Positions 9,704-19,603 of a stretch of 64,000 nt of DNA are shown here, one piece after another. How positions within the stretch are numbered: position 1 is the stretch's first letter; each line of letters opens with the position of its first letter. The translations under genes were made by a program, and so were the position numbers. A model generated the notes under the pieces. The model did no database searches, was not told the DNA's origin, and saw only the letters and a list, made by a program, of their open reading frames with translations. The DNA is from Candidatus Buchananbacteria bacterium (GTDB lineage Bacteria > Patescibacteriota > Patescibacteriia > Buchananbacterales > UBA6539): assembly GCA_013359225.1 (NCBI GenBank), contig JABWCG010000001.1, positions 6,410 through 70,409 on the forward strand, written 5' to 3'.

Positions 9704-9737
9704 GTCCCTGGGGCCTTACACGGCCCCGGGGACTTTA
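9704..9737 (+). terminator. Intrinsic terminator after tuf
   Basis: A 12-bp GC-rich stem GTCCCTGGGGCC/GGCCCCGGGGAC is followed by TTT. Confidence 0.6.
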
Positions 9738-9762
9738 AATCAAGTTCTTTACTAAAGAAACA

Positions 9763-10128
9763 ATGGTAGCAATTAAAAGAATTCCAGTTTCTTCTAAGAA
9801 AGCTGAAGAAGCCGAGGAAAGCAAACAAAAAATTAGAATCAAAATCAGAGCGTACGATCACAAAATCATTGATCAGTCTACCAAGACGATCATGGATACG
9901 ATCAAGCGAACTGGTGCATCTTTTATTGGCCCGATTCCGTTGCCAACCGAAAAGAAAAAGTACACCGTACTTAAATCTTCGTTTGTCCACAAGGATGCCA
10001 GAGGTCAGTATGAAATGCGGATTCATAAGCGTTTACTTGATATCATTGAACCGACACCAAAAACTGTTGATTCTTTACAGAGCTTGAATTTGCCGGCCGG
10101 AGTTGATGTTGAAATCAAGATGGCCTAA
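9763..10128 (+). CDS. rpsJ: 30S ribosomal protein S10 (with an N-terminal extension of about 20 aa)
   Basis: The motif [15 protein letters not shown] is the conserved S10 core. Confidence 0.9.
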   Translation: MVAIKRIPVSSKKAEEAEESKQKIRIKIRAYDHKIIDQSTKTIMDTIKRTGASFIGPIPLPTEKKKYTVLKSSFVHKDARGQYEMRIHKRLLDIIEPTPKTVDSLQSLNLPAGVDVEIKMA

Positions 10129-10343
10129 GGGTATATAAGTTTTAACTGCCTGGTAAGGTAAAACCAAAGTGACAGTTAAGGATACAAAGAAAGCTTTCTA
10201 AAACATGTTTTTAGAAAAAACCTTTGTAGCTTTGATGGTCGCTGATGAAAGTATTAACAACCTTAATTAAAAAAGCCAACAATTTGCCAGCTATAACAAG
10301 CTATCTGGCTCTTTGAGGCAGGTTTTTATTTTGAAACGAGATT

Positions 10344-11108
10344 ATGAAATTTATTTTAGCTGAAAAACAGGACATGACCCAGAAGTTCGGTACCGACGGA
10401 ACTGTTATTCCCGTTACCAAAGTGACTGCTGGTCCTTGTGTTGTTACTCAGGTTAAACAAATGGATACCGACGGTTATGTTGCAGTTCAGGTTGGTTTTG
10501 GCGCCAAAAAGAAATTAACCAAATCAGTTAAGGGACATTTGAAAAATTTAGGTAATTTCCGATATTTAAAAGAGTTTAGAATTTCAGCCGATGAGGCTAA
10601 GAAGTTGGCGGTTGGTAATAAGATTAATGTTGCTACTTTTCAGGCCGGGGATAAGGTGAAGGTTACCGGTGTTACCAAGGGTCGCGGTTTCCAGGGTGTT
10701 GTCAAACGTCATGGTTTTGGCGGCAGCCCAAAAACCCACGGTCACAAAGATCAGCTTCGTATGCCCGGTTCAATTGGTGCAACCGGTCCAGCCCATGTTT
10801 TTAAAGGCACTCGGATGGGCGGCCAAATGGGTGGAACTCAGGTAACCGTTACTAATTTAGAAATTGTGGAAGTTGACGAAAAGAATAATGAAATTTTTAT
10901 TAAAGGTGCTTTGCCTGGCGCAAAGAATAATTTATTGTTGATTGCCGGCATTGGTGATTTAATCATTGCTACCGAACCAGTTGCGACGGCGACCGAAACT
11001 CAGGAAGTAAGCGAAGCTAAAGAAACGCCAGAGGCTAGCGCTGAAGGTACTGCTGCAGCGGAAGTCGTTAATGAAGAGGTTAAGGAAGAAGCCAAGGCGG
11101 GAAATTAA
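10344..11108 (+). CDS. rplC: 50S ribosomal protein L3 (with an acidic/Ala-rich C-terminal tail)
   Basis: The conserved L3 core is present; the tail beginning ATEPVATATETQEV is an extra segment. Confidence 0.9.
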   Translation: MKFILAEKQDMTQKFGTDGTVIPVTKVTAGPCVVTQVKQMDTDGYVAVQVGFGAKKKLTKSVKGHLKNLGNFRYLKEFRISADEAKKLAVGNKINVATFQAGDKVKVTGVTKGRGFQGVVKRHGFGGSPKTHGHKDQLRMPGSIGATGPAHVFKGTRMGGQMGGTQVTVTNLEIVEVDEKNNEIFIKGALPGAKNNLLLIAGIGDLIIATEPVATATETQEVSEAKETPEASAEGTAAAEVVNEEVKEEAKAGN

Positions 11109-11117
11109 ATAACACGT

Positions 11118-11828
11118 ATGTCAAAAGTAACTGTCTACAATCAGAATGGTGATAAAGTCAAAGAGTTGGAATTAAATCCAAAAGTTTTTGGAGTGGCAGT
11201 AAAGCCAGAAGTGATTTTTCAGGCCGTTATTGCTCAGCAGGCTAATAGCCGACAGGTGTTGGCCGACGTTAAGAGTAAGGCAGAAGTTTCCGGCGGTGGC
11301 CGTAAGCCATGGCGTCAAAAGGGAACTGGCCGCGCTCGACACGGCTCAATCCGCTCCCCATTATGGCGCGGCGGCGGAATTACTTTTGGTCCGACTTCAG
11401 AACGCAATTTTTCAGTAAAAATCAATCGCAAAGCTAAACAAAAGGCATTATTGATGTCGCTGTCTGATAAAGCAGCCCATAACAAGATTGTTTTAGTTGA
11501 TGATTTGAAGCTTGAAGCAGCTAAGACTAAAAAATTCTTTGCGGTATTACAGAATTTAGAGCTTCGGGCTAAGTCGGTTAAGCAAGCAAAGAAAGATGCT
11601 GTTAAAAAAGAAACTGTTGCCGACAATAAGTCTAAGAAGTCAAAGCTAAAGAAAGTTTTGTTGATCTTGCCAAAAAAGGACGAAACCGTTTATCGCGCCG
11701 CCTCCAATGTGGCCGGTCTGGAAATTATCGCCGCCAACAGCTTGAATATTGTAGATGTTATGAATAGTCAGTATTTATTGATGCCTGTTGCAGCAGTTGA
11801 ACAAATTGAAAAAACTTTTGTTAAATAA
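11118..11828 (+). CDS. rplD: 50S ribosomal protein L4 (with a Lys-rich insertion)
   Basis: The conserved L4 N-terminal region is present and the gene sits in the expected place in the S10 operon. Confidence 0.85.
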   Translation: MSKVTVYNQNGDKVKELELNPKVFGVAVKPEVIFQAVIAQQANSRQVLADVKSKAEVSGGGRKPWRQKGTGRARHGSIRSPLWRGGGITFGPTSERNFSVKINRKAKQKALLMSLSDKAAHNKIVLVDDLKLEAAKTKKFFAVLQNLELRAKSVKQAKKDAVKKETVADNKSKKSKLKKVLLILPKKDETVYRAASNVAGLEIIAANSLNIVDVMNSQYLLMPVAAVEQIEKTFVK

Positions 11829-11830
11829 GT

Positions 11831-12280
11831 ATGAGTATCTTAGGAAAGTTAAAAATCAAAAAAGACGAAGAATCAAGCGAAGTGTCACCAGAAACTTCAG
11901 CAGTGGTTAGCGCTGACAAAAAAGTTCAGTCGCCAGTAAAAGCAGAAAAGAAAGTTAAGAAAGTTACCAAGACGCAAGAAATTAAAGGTAAGACTGACCG
12001 AGCCTACCGTATTTTAATCAAGCCAATGATTACCGAAAAAGCTTCCGGACTTGGCGGATTAAACAAATATGTTTTTGCGGTTGAGCCTAGTACTAATAAA
12101 GTTGAAGTTAAAAAAGCAATTCGGGCGGTGTATAATGTTGATCCGATTGCGGTAAATATTTTAAATTTTTCCGGTAAGCGCGTTCGCTACGGCAAAACCA
12201 GTGGTGTTACCAAAGGTTGGAAAAAAGCCGTTGTAACACTTAAGCCGGGGGATAAAATTGAAGTTTACGAAGGAATTTAA
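11831..12280 (+). CDS. rplW: 50S ribosomal protein L23 (with an N-terminal extension of about 50 aa)
   Basis: The conserved C-terminal L23 core (YRILIKPMITEKAS...) is present. Confidence 0.85.
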   Translation: MSILGKLKIKKDEESSEVSPETSAVVSADKKVQSPVKAEKKVKKVTKTQEIKGKTDRAYRILIKPMITEKASGLGGLNKYVFAVEPSTNKVEVKKAIRAVYNVDPIAVNILNFSGKRVRYGKTSGVTKGWKKAVVTLKPGDKIEVYEGI

Positions 12281-12290
12281 ATAATTCATT

Positions 12291-13133
12291 ATGCCGATTA
12301 GAATTTACAAACCAACCACTCCAGGTCGCCGTCAGACATCGGTTGATACTTTTGCTGATGTGACCAGAAAGAAGCCGGAAAAAAGTTTGATTTTGATCAA
12401 GAAAAAAACTGGCGGACGAAATGCCTCGGGACGAATTACCGTTCGTCATCGTGGGGGTGGCGCTAAGCAGTATTATCGTTTAATTGATTATCGTCGAAAC
12501 AAGTTTGATATGCCAGCGACAGTGGAGGCAATTGAATACGATCCAAACCGCCGCGCTCGGATTGCGTTGGTTAAGTACGAAGACGGTACGAAAAGTTATA
12601 TCATCGCTCCAGTTGATTTGAAGGTTGGTGCTGTTGTTATCTCTTCAAAAACCAGAACTGATATTCAGGTTGGCAACCGAATGCCGTTAGTTGAAATGCC
12701 ACTTGGTTCTCAGATTTATGAAATTGAAATTACTCCCGGCAAGGGCGGCCAGCTGGTCAGAACCGCTGGTTCCACCGCTAAATTGATGGCAGTTGAAGGG
12801 GAGTATGCTACTATTAGAATGCCGTCTGGAGAAATTCGTTTAATTCCGAAAGATTGTGCCGCAACGATCGGTCAGGTTTCAAACCCTGATGCAATGCATA
12901 TCCGAATTGGTAAAGCTGGCCGGATGCGTCATTTAGGTATCCGACCAACCGTTCGTGGTAAAGTAATGAACCCAGTGGATCACCCGCACGGTGGTGGCGA
13001 AGGCCATAACCCGATTGGTATGAAGGCGCCAAAAACGCCATGGGGAAAGAAAGCGTTGGGTGTTAAAACTCGCCGCAAAAAGAAATATTCATCTAAGTTT
13101 ATTGTTCGCGCTCGCGCTAAGCGTCGACGTTAA
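12291..13133 (+). CDS. rplB: 50S ribosomal protein L2
   Basis: The conserved L2 motifs, including GGGEG and HPHGGGEG, are present. Confidence 0.95.
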   Translation: MPIRIYKPTTPGRRQTSVDTFADVTRKKPEKSLILIKKKTGGRNASGRITVRHRGGGAKQYYRLIDYRRNKFDMPATVEAIEYDPNRRARIALVKYEDGTKSYIIAPVDLKVGAVVISSKTRTDIQVGNRMPLVEMPLGSQIYEIEITPGKGGQLVRTAGSTAKLMAVEGEYATIRMPSGEIRLIPKDCAATIGQVSNPDAMHIRIGKAGRMRHLGIRPTVRGKVMNPVDHPHGGGEGHNPIGMKAPKTPWGKKALGVKTRRKKKYSSKFIVRARAKRRR

Positions 13134-13142
13134 TCAAATACT

Positions 13143-13481
13143 ATGTCTAGAAGTCTTAAAAAAGGTCCATACGTTAATGAAAAGCTACTTAAGAAGTTGC
13201 AGAAGGTTAAAGTTGGCGACAAGAATGCTATCAAGACGTGGGATCGTGCAAGCATGATCACTCCAGAAATGGTTGGTTACACAATTGGTGTTCATAATGG
13301 TCGAACCCATACCCCAGTTTTGATTGTTGAAAATATGGTTGGTCATCGTTTGGGTGAATTTTCACCAACCAAGACATTCCGCGGACATGGTGGTAAGATT
13401 GCTAAGGAACAGGAAAAAGTCGCGGCTCAAAAAGCTGCTGATGACCGCAAGAAGGCTCAGGCTGCCGCGGAAAAAAAGTAA
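13143..13481 (+). CDS. rpsS: 30S ribosomal protein S19 (with a C-terminal KA-rich extension)
   Basis: The S19 core GHRLGEF is present. Confidence 0.9.
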   Translation: MSRSLKKGPYVNEKLLKKLQKVKVGDKNAIKTWDRASMITPEMVGYTIGVHNGRTHTPVLIVENMVGHRLGEFSPTKTFRGHGGKIAKEQEKVAAQKAADDRKKAQAAAEKK

Positions 13482-13498
13482 GATAAATTAATATTATT

Positions 13499-14164
13499 AT
13501 GGCTACGGAAACCAAGAAAATTAAAGATCAGACCAAAGATCAGACCAAAAAATCTGCAAGCCTTAAAGTTGCTAAAACCGCAAAGCCGAAAAAATCGCCA
13601 GTGGTCAAGAAGACAGGAGTCAAAAATGAGACAAACAAGTCGACTAAGGAAGTAACGGAAGTTTTGGCTAAGGCTCGGTTTGTCCGAACTTCACCACGAA
13701 AAATTCGATTGGTTATTGATCAGTTGAGAGGTCTAGAAGCTGAAACCGCAGTAACAAAATTGCAGTTTATTAATAAAGCCGCTTCTAAGCCGGTATATAA
13801 ATTGGTTAAATCCGCCATTGCGAATGCTGAAAATAATTTTAGTTTAAATATTAAAGATTTATTTATTAAAAAAATTGTTGCCGACGAAGGTCCAACTTTA
13901 AAGCGTTTTCGTCCGCGAGCTCATGGCCGATCAGCTGCGATCCGAAAACGTACTAGCCACATTACTTTGGTTTTGGGCATTAAAGCGGGAGTTAAACCGG
14001 TAATTAAGAGATTAACTGATCAAAAAGCTCAAGAGGTTAAAGTCGTCAGTCCGGATGAAGTTAAGAAATCAGGCCCAAAATCTGGTGGGATGATCGCTTC
14101 TGATGACCAAGGCAAGGATTCAAAAGGCTTTATGAAAGGTATCTTCCAACGTAAAACAGGTTAA
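13499..14164 (+). CDS. rplV: 50S ribosomal protein L22 (with N- and C-terminal extensions)
   Basis: The L22 core RTSPRKIRLVIDQLRG is present. A tandem KDQTKDQTK comes from a 12-nt direct DNA repeat. Confidence 0.85.
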   Translation: MATETKKIKDQTKDQTKKSASLKVAKTAKPKKSPVVKKTGVKNETNKSTKEVTEVLAKARFVRTSPRKIRLVIDQLRGLEAETAVTKLQFINKAASKPVYKLVKSAIANAENNFSLNIKDLFIKKIVADEGPTLKRFRPRAHGRSAAIRKRTSHITLVLGIKAGVKPVIKRLTDQKAQEVKVVSPDEVKKSGPKSGGMIASDDQGKDSKGFMKGIFQRKTG

Positions 14165-14167
14165 CAT

Positions 14168-14866
14168 ATGGGACAAAAAGTACATCCAAAAATTTTTAGA
14201 ATCGGTAGTCTTTACACCTGGAATTCAAAGTGGTTTTCACGTCGTGATTACGCTAAATTTTTGCAGGAAGATATTTTAGTTAAGAAATTTTTAAAGAAAG
14301 AACTTCGCGAAGCCGCAGTTTCTCAGATTGATATTGAACGAACGCCGGCCGCTACAACGATTATTATCCATTCTGCTAAGCCGGGCGTAATTATCGGTCG
14401 TGGTGGTCAAGGTGTCGAAGATTTGAAAAAGAAAATTCAGTCCAAGTTTTTGAACAAGAAATCAACTTTAAATATCAACATTCAAGAAGTAACTAATCCG
14501 AATGTTAATGCCGAGTTGGTTTTGCAGTCCATGATTGCTGATATTGAAAAGCGTATGCCATATCGTCGGGTAATGAAGCAGGCGATTGCTAAAGTGGAAA
14601 AAACAGATGCCCGAGGTATTAAGGTAATTATTGCCGGCCGACTTAACGGTGCAGAAATTGCCCGAACTGAAATGTTGGCTTCCGGTAGTTTGCCGTTGCA
14701 CACTTTGCGGGCCGATATTGATTATGCCCGTGGTGTAGCTCAGACCACTTATGGAACTATTGGTATCAAGGTTTGGATTTACCGCGGCGAAATTTTTGAC
14801 AAAGATAAGGACAAGGCGCAAGCCCCAACCACTAATCGAAGAAATAATAGACAAGCTAAGAAGTAA
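14168..14866 (+). CDS. rpsC: 30S ribosomal protein S3
   Basis: The KH and S3 C-terminal domain motifs are present. Confidence 0.95.
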   Translation: MGQKVHPKIFRIGSLYTWNSKWFSRRDYAKFLQEDILVKKFLKKELREAAVSQIDIERTPAATTIIIHSAKPGVIIGRGGQGVEDLKKKIQSKFLNKKSTLNINIQEVTNPNVNAELVLQSMIADIEKRMPYRRVMKQAIAKVEKTDARGIKVIIAGRLNGAEIARTEMLASGSLPLHTLRADIDYARGVAQTTYGTIGIKVWIYRGEIFDKDKDKAQAPTTNRRNNRQAKK

Positions 14867-14869
14867 TAT

Positions 14870-15274
14870 ATGTTGTCACCACGAAAGCAAAAACACCGAA
14901 AAAGTTTTAAAGGCACGCTGACTGGCAAAGCCACGGCGGGTACGACGGTTAGTTTTGGCAAATATGGCTTGAAGTCTCTTGGTAATACTTGGATGACTGC
15001 CCGGCAAATTGAATCCGCCAGACGCGCCATGACCCGATTCATTAAGCGTGGTGGTAAGATTTGGATCAGAATTTTTCCTGATGTTCCGGTTACTAAAAAA
15101 GGTGAACAGTCAACCATGGGTTCCGGCAAAGGTGCGGTTGACCGATACATTGCTGTGATTAAACCAGGAATGATTATCTTTGAGATGGATGGTGTCACTG
15201 AAGAGCAGGCTCGTGAAGCAATGCGCTTAGCGGCTCATAAGTTGCCATGTAAGACTAGCTTTATTATCAAATAA
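14870..15274 (+). CDS. rplP: 50S ribosomal protein L16
   Basis: The L16 N-terminal region ([11 protein letters not shown]) is present. Confidence 0.95.
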   Translation: MLSPRKQKHRKSFKGTLTGKATAGTTVSFGKYGLKSLGNTWMTARQIESARRAMTRFIKRGGKIWIRIFPDVPVTKKGEQSTMGSGKGAVDRYIAVIKPGMIIFEMDGVTEEQAREAMRLAAHKLPCKTSFIIK

Positions 15275-15276
15275 GT

Positions 15277-15501
15277 ATGAAATTTAAAGAATTGAAAACT
15301 AAGACGGAAAAAGAATTGCAGAAGTTGCTTGCCGACTTTCGGCTTAATCTGCGCGAGTTGAAATTCAAATCATCGGCTGATCAGTTAAAGAATGTCCGAG
15401 AGTTGCGCCGGGTGAAACGAAATATCGCTCAAATTCTGATGTTATTATCCAATAAACACCAGGCTAAACCAGAAGCTGAAGTTAAAAATGAAACCAACTA
15501 A
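15277..15501 (+). CDS. rpmC: 50S ribosomal protein L29
   Basis: The gene is in the L29 position (between L16 and S17), is the right size, and has a helical pattern. Confidence 0.8.
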   Translation: MKFKELKTKTEKELQKLLADFRLNLRELKFKSSADQLKNVRELRRVKRNIAQILMLLSNKHQAKPEAEVKNETN

Positions 15502-15503
15502 TT

Positions 15504-15764
15504 ATGACAGACGCTAAAAAAATTATTAAGCGAAAATTTGAAGGAACGGTTGTTTCTGACAAGAACGACAAGACTATTGTTGTTGCTGTTGAAACTGCTA
15601 AACCACATCCGAAATACAACAAGCGTTTTACGTCTACTAAGAAATATAAAGTGCACGATCCGGCTAATGAGTTTAAAATTGGGGACAAGGTAGTGTTTGA
15701 AGAATGCCGACCATTAAGCAAAGACAAGCGCTGGCGTGTTTTAAGTAAAGAAAGTAAGAGTTAA
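15504..15764 (+). CDS. rpsQ: 30S ribosomal protein S17
   Basis: The S17 OB-fold motifs are present and the gene is in the expected position. Confidence 0.9.
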   Translation: MTDAKKIIKRKFEGTVVSDKNDKTIVVAVETAKPHPKYNKRFTSTKKYKVHDPANEFKIGDKVVFEECRPLSKDKRWRVLSKESKS

Positions 15765-15766
15765 AT

Positions 15767-16138
15767 ATGATTCAGTTACGAACAATTTTAAAAGTTGCCG
15801 ATAATTCCGGAGCAAAAAAGCTTCAGTGTATTAAGGTTCTTGGAACAAACCGAAAGCGATATGCCCGAGTCGGTGATATTATTACTGTTTCTATTAAAGA
15901 AGCAGTACCTCATAGCGCTGTTAAAAAAGGACAGGTCGCTCATGCGGTGGTTGTTCGAACCCGAAAAGAGATTCGACGCACTGATGGGTCTTACGTCCGA
16001 TTCGATGAAAATGCCGCAGTGTTAGTTGATAAGAAATCAAAAGAACCGAAAGGTACGCGTATTTTTGGGCCAGTTGCTCGAGAATTGCGCGCTGCCGGAT
16101 TTAATAAAATTATTTCATTGGCTCCAGAAGTTTTATAA
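15767..16138 (+). CDS. rplN: 50S ribosomal protein L14
   Basis: The characteristic L14 N-terminus [13 protein letters not shown] is present. Confidence 0.95.
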   Translation: MIQLRTILKVADNSGAKKLQCIKVLGTNRKRYARVGDIITVSIKEAVPHSAVKKGQVAHAVVVRTRKEIRRTDGSYVRFDENAAVLVDKKSKEPKGTRIFGPVARELRAAGFNKIISLAPEVL

Positions 16139-16142
16139 TTAT

Positions 16143-16451
16143 ATGAGAATTAAAAAAGGCGACAAAGTAAAAGTATTAAGCGGTAAGGACCAGGGCAAAA
16201 CTGGTAAAGTCTTGCAGATCTTTACTAAGCGAGGACGGCTTTCGGTTGAGGGTGTTAATTTGATGCACAAGAATATGAAGCCGCGCCGACAGGGTGAAAA
16301 AGGTCAGCGCATTCAGTTTCCAGCGGCGTTGCCAATGAGCAATGTTGCCATTATTTGTCCAAAATGCGGTAAAGCCAGCCGAATTGGTTCCACGAAGGTC
16401 GGCGAAGCTAAGAAAGCAAGAACCTGCAAAAAGTGTAAAGAAGCTATTTAA
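16143..16451 (+). CDS. rplX: 50S ribosomal protein L24 with a C-terminal C4 zinc-ribbon-like tail
   Basis: The ORF was trimmed to the ATG at 16143 (MRIKKGDKVKVLSGKDQGKTGKV, a KOW domain). The C-terminus reads CPKCG...CKKC. Confidence 0.85.
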   Translation: MRIKKGDKVKVLSGKDQGKTGKVLQIFTKRGRLSVEGVNLMHKNMKPRRQGEKGQRIQFPAALPMSNVAIICPKCGKASRIGSTKVGEAKKARTCKKCKEAI

Positions 16452-16455
16452 ACGT

Positions 16456-17001
16456 ATGTCTAACAGTTTGAAAGAACAATATACTAAAAAAATCGCGCCG
16501 ACTTTAAAAGAAAAGTTTGGCTATAAGAATAATTTGTCAGTCCCAAAGATTGAGAAGGTGGTTTTAAATGTCGGTACCGGCCAGGGTTTGAAAGATCCGA
16601 AATACAACGAAGCGGTTGAGGATACGCTGTTACGAATTACCGGTCAAAAGCCTGTCAAAACTATTTCCAAAAAAGCTATTTCTAATTTCAAGATTCGGGA
16701 AGGTTTAGTAGTTGGCATGTCGGTGACGTTGCGCGGTGAACGGATGTATGATTTTTTGACCAAACTAATTAATATCACGTTGCCTCGTGTTCGAGACTTC
16801 CGCGGTCTTGATCTGAAGTCGGTTGATACGCGAGGTAATTTGAACCTAGGTTTTCGAGAACATATTTCTTTTCCGGAAATCAAATCAGATGAGATCGAAC
16901 GAATTCACGGTTTGCAGATTACGGCTGTTACGAATGCTAAGACTCATGAAGAAGGATTAGAATTATTTAAGTTATTAGGTTTTCCATTTCGTAACGAATA
17001 A
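16456..17001 (+). CDS. rplE: 50S ribosomal protein L5
   Basis: The ORF was trimmed to the ATG at 16456, and the L5 core is present. Confidence 0.9.
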   Translation: MSNSLKEQYTKKIAPTLKEKFGYKNNLSVPKIEKVVLNVGTGQGLKDPKYNEAVEDTLLRITGQKPVKTISKKAISNFKIREGLVVGMSVTLRGERMYDFLTKLINITLPRVRDFRGLDLKSVDTRGNLNLGFREHISFPEIKSDEIERIHGLQITAVTNAKTHEEGLELFKLLGFPFRNE

Positions 17002-17006
17002 TTTTT

Positions 17007-17192
17007 ATGGCAACAGAAGCGAGAATTGCAAAATCAAAAAAGACTCCAAAGTTTTCAACCCGCAAGGTTCGAAGATGTTGGCGTTGTGGCCGCAATCGCG
17101 GTTATATGCGAGATTTTAATATGTGTCGAATTTGTTTTAGGGAATTAGCCGACAACGGGCAAATTCCAGGTATCCGGAAATCAAGTTGGTAA
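17007..17192 (+). CDS. rpsZ: 30S ribosomal protein S14, type Z (zinc-binding)
   Basis: It is 61 aa and contains CWRCG...CRIC. Confidence 0.9.
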   Translation: MATEARIAKSKKTPKFSTRKVRRCWRCGRNRGYMRDFNMCRICFRELADNGQIPGIRKSSW

Positions 17193-17222
17193 TTAAATAA
17201 CTTTTATAGAGCAAATATCAAT

Positions 17223-17624
17223 ATGACAGATCCAATTGCAGACATGCTTAGTCGAATCAGAAATGCCATGGCGGTGCAAAAGCCAGAAGTGATTTTGCCA
17301 TTCTCAAAGATTAAATTAAGCGTTGCCGAAATTCTTAAAGAGACTGGGTATATTAAAAAAGTTGAAAAATTGTCCAAGCAGGAAGCCGGCACAAGCCATG
17401 ATCAAATTAAAATTACTTTGAAATATAACGGTGGTCAGCCGGCAATCAGCAAGATTGCCCGAGTAAGTAAGCCGGGACATCGCGTGTATGTTTCTAAAGA
17501 TAATTTGCCGGTCGTTTTAAATCATTTAGGGATTGCCATCCTTTCAACCCCACAGGGCTTAATGACAAATAAAGAAGCCCGAAAGCGAAATCTTGGGGGA
17601 GAAGTAATCTGTGAGGTTTATTAA
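17223..17624 (+). CDS. rpsH: 30S ribosomal protein S8
   Basis: The S8 motif MTDPIADMLSRIRNA is present. Confidence 0.95.
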   Translation: MTDPIADMLSRIRNAMAVQKPEVILPFSKIKLSVAEILKETGYIKKVEKLSKQEAGTSHDQIKITLKYNGGQPAISKIARVSKPGHRVYVSKDNLPVVLNHLGIAILSTPQGLMTNKEARKRNLGGEVICEVY

Positions 17625-17626
17625 GT

Positions 17627-18175
17627 ATGAGTAGAATTGGAAAACAACCTATTACCATTCCAGAGGGCGTTGAAGTAAAAATTACCAACGATCTGATTAC
17701 GGTGAAAGGCCCTAAGGGTCAGCTGACACAGACTGGAAACAGCCTGGTTAAAGTTGAACAAAAAGATAATGAACTGTTGGTTACGGTCAATGATCCGGAA
17801 AACAAGCAGCAAAAGTCCCTTTGGGGTTTATATCAGCGCTTGATTGCTAATATGGTTGCGGGTGTAACCCAAGGCTTTTCAAAAAAGTTAGAAATTAACG
17901 GTGTTGGATATAAAGTCGCGCTTCAGGGCAAACACTTGAATTTTCAGCTTGGATATTCTCATCCGATTGATTTTCCGATTCCAGAGGGTATTGAAGCGAC
18001 TGTTGAAAAAAATGTCATCACCATTTCCGGAAGCAACAAGCAGTTGGTTGGTCAAACCGCCGCTGACATCCGATCGTTAAAGAAACCGGAGCCTTACAAG
18101 GGCAAGGGGATTAAATATAGTGATGAAATTATTAGACGAAAGGCCGGTAAGGCCGCTGCTAAGGGTGCAGCCTAA
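17627..18175 (+). CDS. rplF: 50S ribosomal protein L6
   Basis: The L6 N-terminal motif MSRIGKQPI is present. Confidence 0.95.
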   Translation: MSRIGKQPITIPEGVEVKITNDLITVKGPKGQLTQTGNSLVKVEQKDNELLVTVNDPENKQQKSLWGLYQRLIANMVAGVTQGFSKKLEINGVGYKVALQGKHLNFQLGYSHPIDFPIPEGIEATVEKNVITISGSNKQLVGQTAADIRSLKKPEPYKGKGIKYSDEIIRRKAGKAAAKGAA

Positions 18176-18186
18176 CCATTAAGACT

Positions 18187-18549
18187 ATGGCTATTGCTAA
18201 AGAAAAAAATAAATCACAGAAAAGAATTAGACGAAAGAACCGCGTTCGAGCTAAGGTTTCGGGTACCGCTACACGGCCGCGCCTTAGCGTGTATCGCAGT
18301 TTAAGTCATATGTATGCCCAATTGATCGATGATGTTAAGGGTGTGACATTGGCCGCGGCAAAAGATGGTGATATTAAAGACGCTAAAGCAACTAAGACGG
18401 AAATTGCCGGAAAAGTTGGTGAATTGTTGGCTAAAAAAGCGCTGGCCGCAGGCATTACCGAAGCGGTATTTGATAAAGGTTCTGCTCAGTATCATGGCCG
18501 AGTTAAGGCCGTGGCTGAAGGTGCCAGAAAAGGTGGGTTAAAAATTTAA
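18187..18549 (+). CDS. rplR: 50S ribosomal protein L18
   Basis: The L18 pattern is present (RLSVYRS, with the S of RLSVYRSlkhiYAQ). Confidence 0.9.
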   Translation: MAIAKEKNKSQKRIRRKNRVRAKVSGTATRPRLSVYRSLSHMYAQLIDDVKGVTLAAAKDGDIKDAKATKTEIAGKVGELLAKKALAAGITEAVFDKGSAQYHGRVKAVAEGARKGGLKI

Positions 18550-18554
18550 ACATT

Positions 18555-19100
18555 ATGTCAGAACAGAATTTCAAAAGAACAAAAAAAGGTGAACAACACG
18601 CCGCACCAGCCGAGAAAGAATTTGATCAGGTTATTGTTGATATTGCCCGCGTTACCCGCGTTATGGCCGGTGGCAAGCGTATGCGGTTTCGTGCCTGTGT
18701 AGTCATCGGCGACCGCAAGGGCCGCGTCGGTTATTCTGTTGCCAAGGGTGCAGACGTTACTTTAGCGGTAAACAAAGCAGTTACTAAGGCTCGCAAGAGT
18801 TTGATCAACGTGCCGATTATTAATGACACTATTCCTCATCAGGTTCAAGTGAAAGTTAAAGCTGCTCGAATCTTAATTAAGCCGGCTACGAAAGGTACCG
18901 GAGTTATTGCCGGCGGCGCGGTCCGTATTGTTTTGGACTTGGCGGGTATTTCTAACGCCGTTGCTAAAATTTTTGGTACGAGCAACAAAATTAATAATAT
19001 CGCCGCAACGATTAAGGCATTAAAGATGCTTAAGCGCGTTGAGCCTAAAAAAGCTAGTGCTAAAAAGCCAGCCGAAAAGTCAGGCGATGCTACTAAATAA
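18555..19100 (+). CDS. rpsE: 30S ribosomal protein S5
   Basis: Motifs of the S5 dsRBD and C-terminal domains are present. Confidence 0.9.
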   Translation: MSEQNFKRTKKGEQHAAPAEKEFDQVIVDIARVTRVMAGGKRMRFRACVVIGDRKGRVGYSVAKGADVTLAVNKAVTKARKSLINVPIINDTIPHQVQVKVKAARILIKPATKGTGVIAGGAVRIVLDLAGISNAVAKIFGTSNKINNIAATIKALKMLKRVEPKKASAKKPAEKSGDATK

Positions 19101-19105
19101 ATTTT

Positions 19106-19588
19106 ATGACTGAATTAGGTTTACACAATTTAACTCGCAATAAACGTAAAACCGGCAAACGAGTCGGCCGCGGAAGCGGTTCTGGTCGTGGTGCTTATTC
19201 CGGCCGGGGACTTAAAGGTCAGCGTGCCCGTTCTGGCGGCCGTGCTGGTTTGAAGCGACGTGGTTTGGCTCAGATGCTTAAGAGCAAACCAAAACTGGGT
19301 GGCTTCAAGAGTCCGAGTTCTAAATTAGAAATCGTTAATATTGCTGATCTGCAAGAGGTTTTTGACGCTGGTGAATTAATTACTACTAAAAAGCTGTTGA
19401 ATAAAGGTTTGGTAAAAACCCTGAAGCACGGCATCAAAATTTTGGGTCAGGGAAAAGTAACTAAAAAGTTTATCGTTGAAGCCAATCGTTTTTCAGAATC
19501 GGCAAAACAAGCTATACTAGAAGCAGGCGGCGAAGTTAAACTGATCAATCAAAACAAGTCCAAGAAGCGCGTCGTTAACAAAAAATAA
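19106..19588 (+). CDS. rplO: 50S ribosomal protein L15
   Basis: The Gly/Arg-rich N-terminus is typical of L15. It directly follows S5, so no L30 gene lies between them. Confidence 0.9.
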   Translation: MTELGLHNLTRNKRKTGKRVGRGSGSGRGAYSGRGLKGQRARSGGRAGLKRRGLAQMLKSKPKLGGFKSPSSKLEIVNIADLQEVFDAGELITTKKLLNKGLVKTLKHGIKILGQGKVTKKFIVEANRFSESAKQAILEAGGEVKLINQNKSKKRVVNKK

Positions 19589-19603
19589 TTTTGCAACGCT
19601 CCC

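Noticed and set aside
6299-15198. Numerous 60-140-aa ORFs overlapping fusA, tuf and the ribosomal protein genes on either strand (for example 6299-6618 -, 8920-9357 -, 9697-10026 -, 14468-15198 -)
   Set aside because: They are all embedded in or antisense to highly conserved translation genes and lack ribosome-binding sites, so they are treated as chance ORFs.
16026-16455. N-terminal extensions in the ORF track for L24 (from 16026) and L5 (from 16342)
   Set aside because: They overlap the preceding genes. The conserved N-termini MRIKKGDKVKV and MSNSLKEQY with adjacent ribosome-binding sites define the real start codons.
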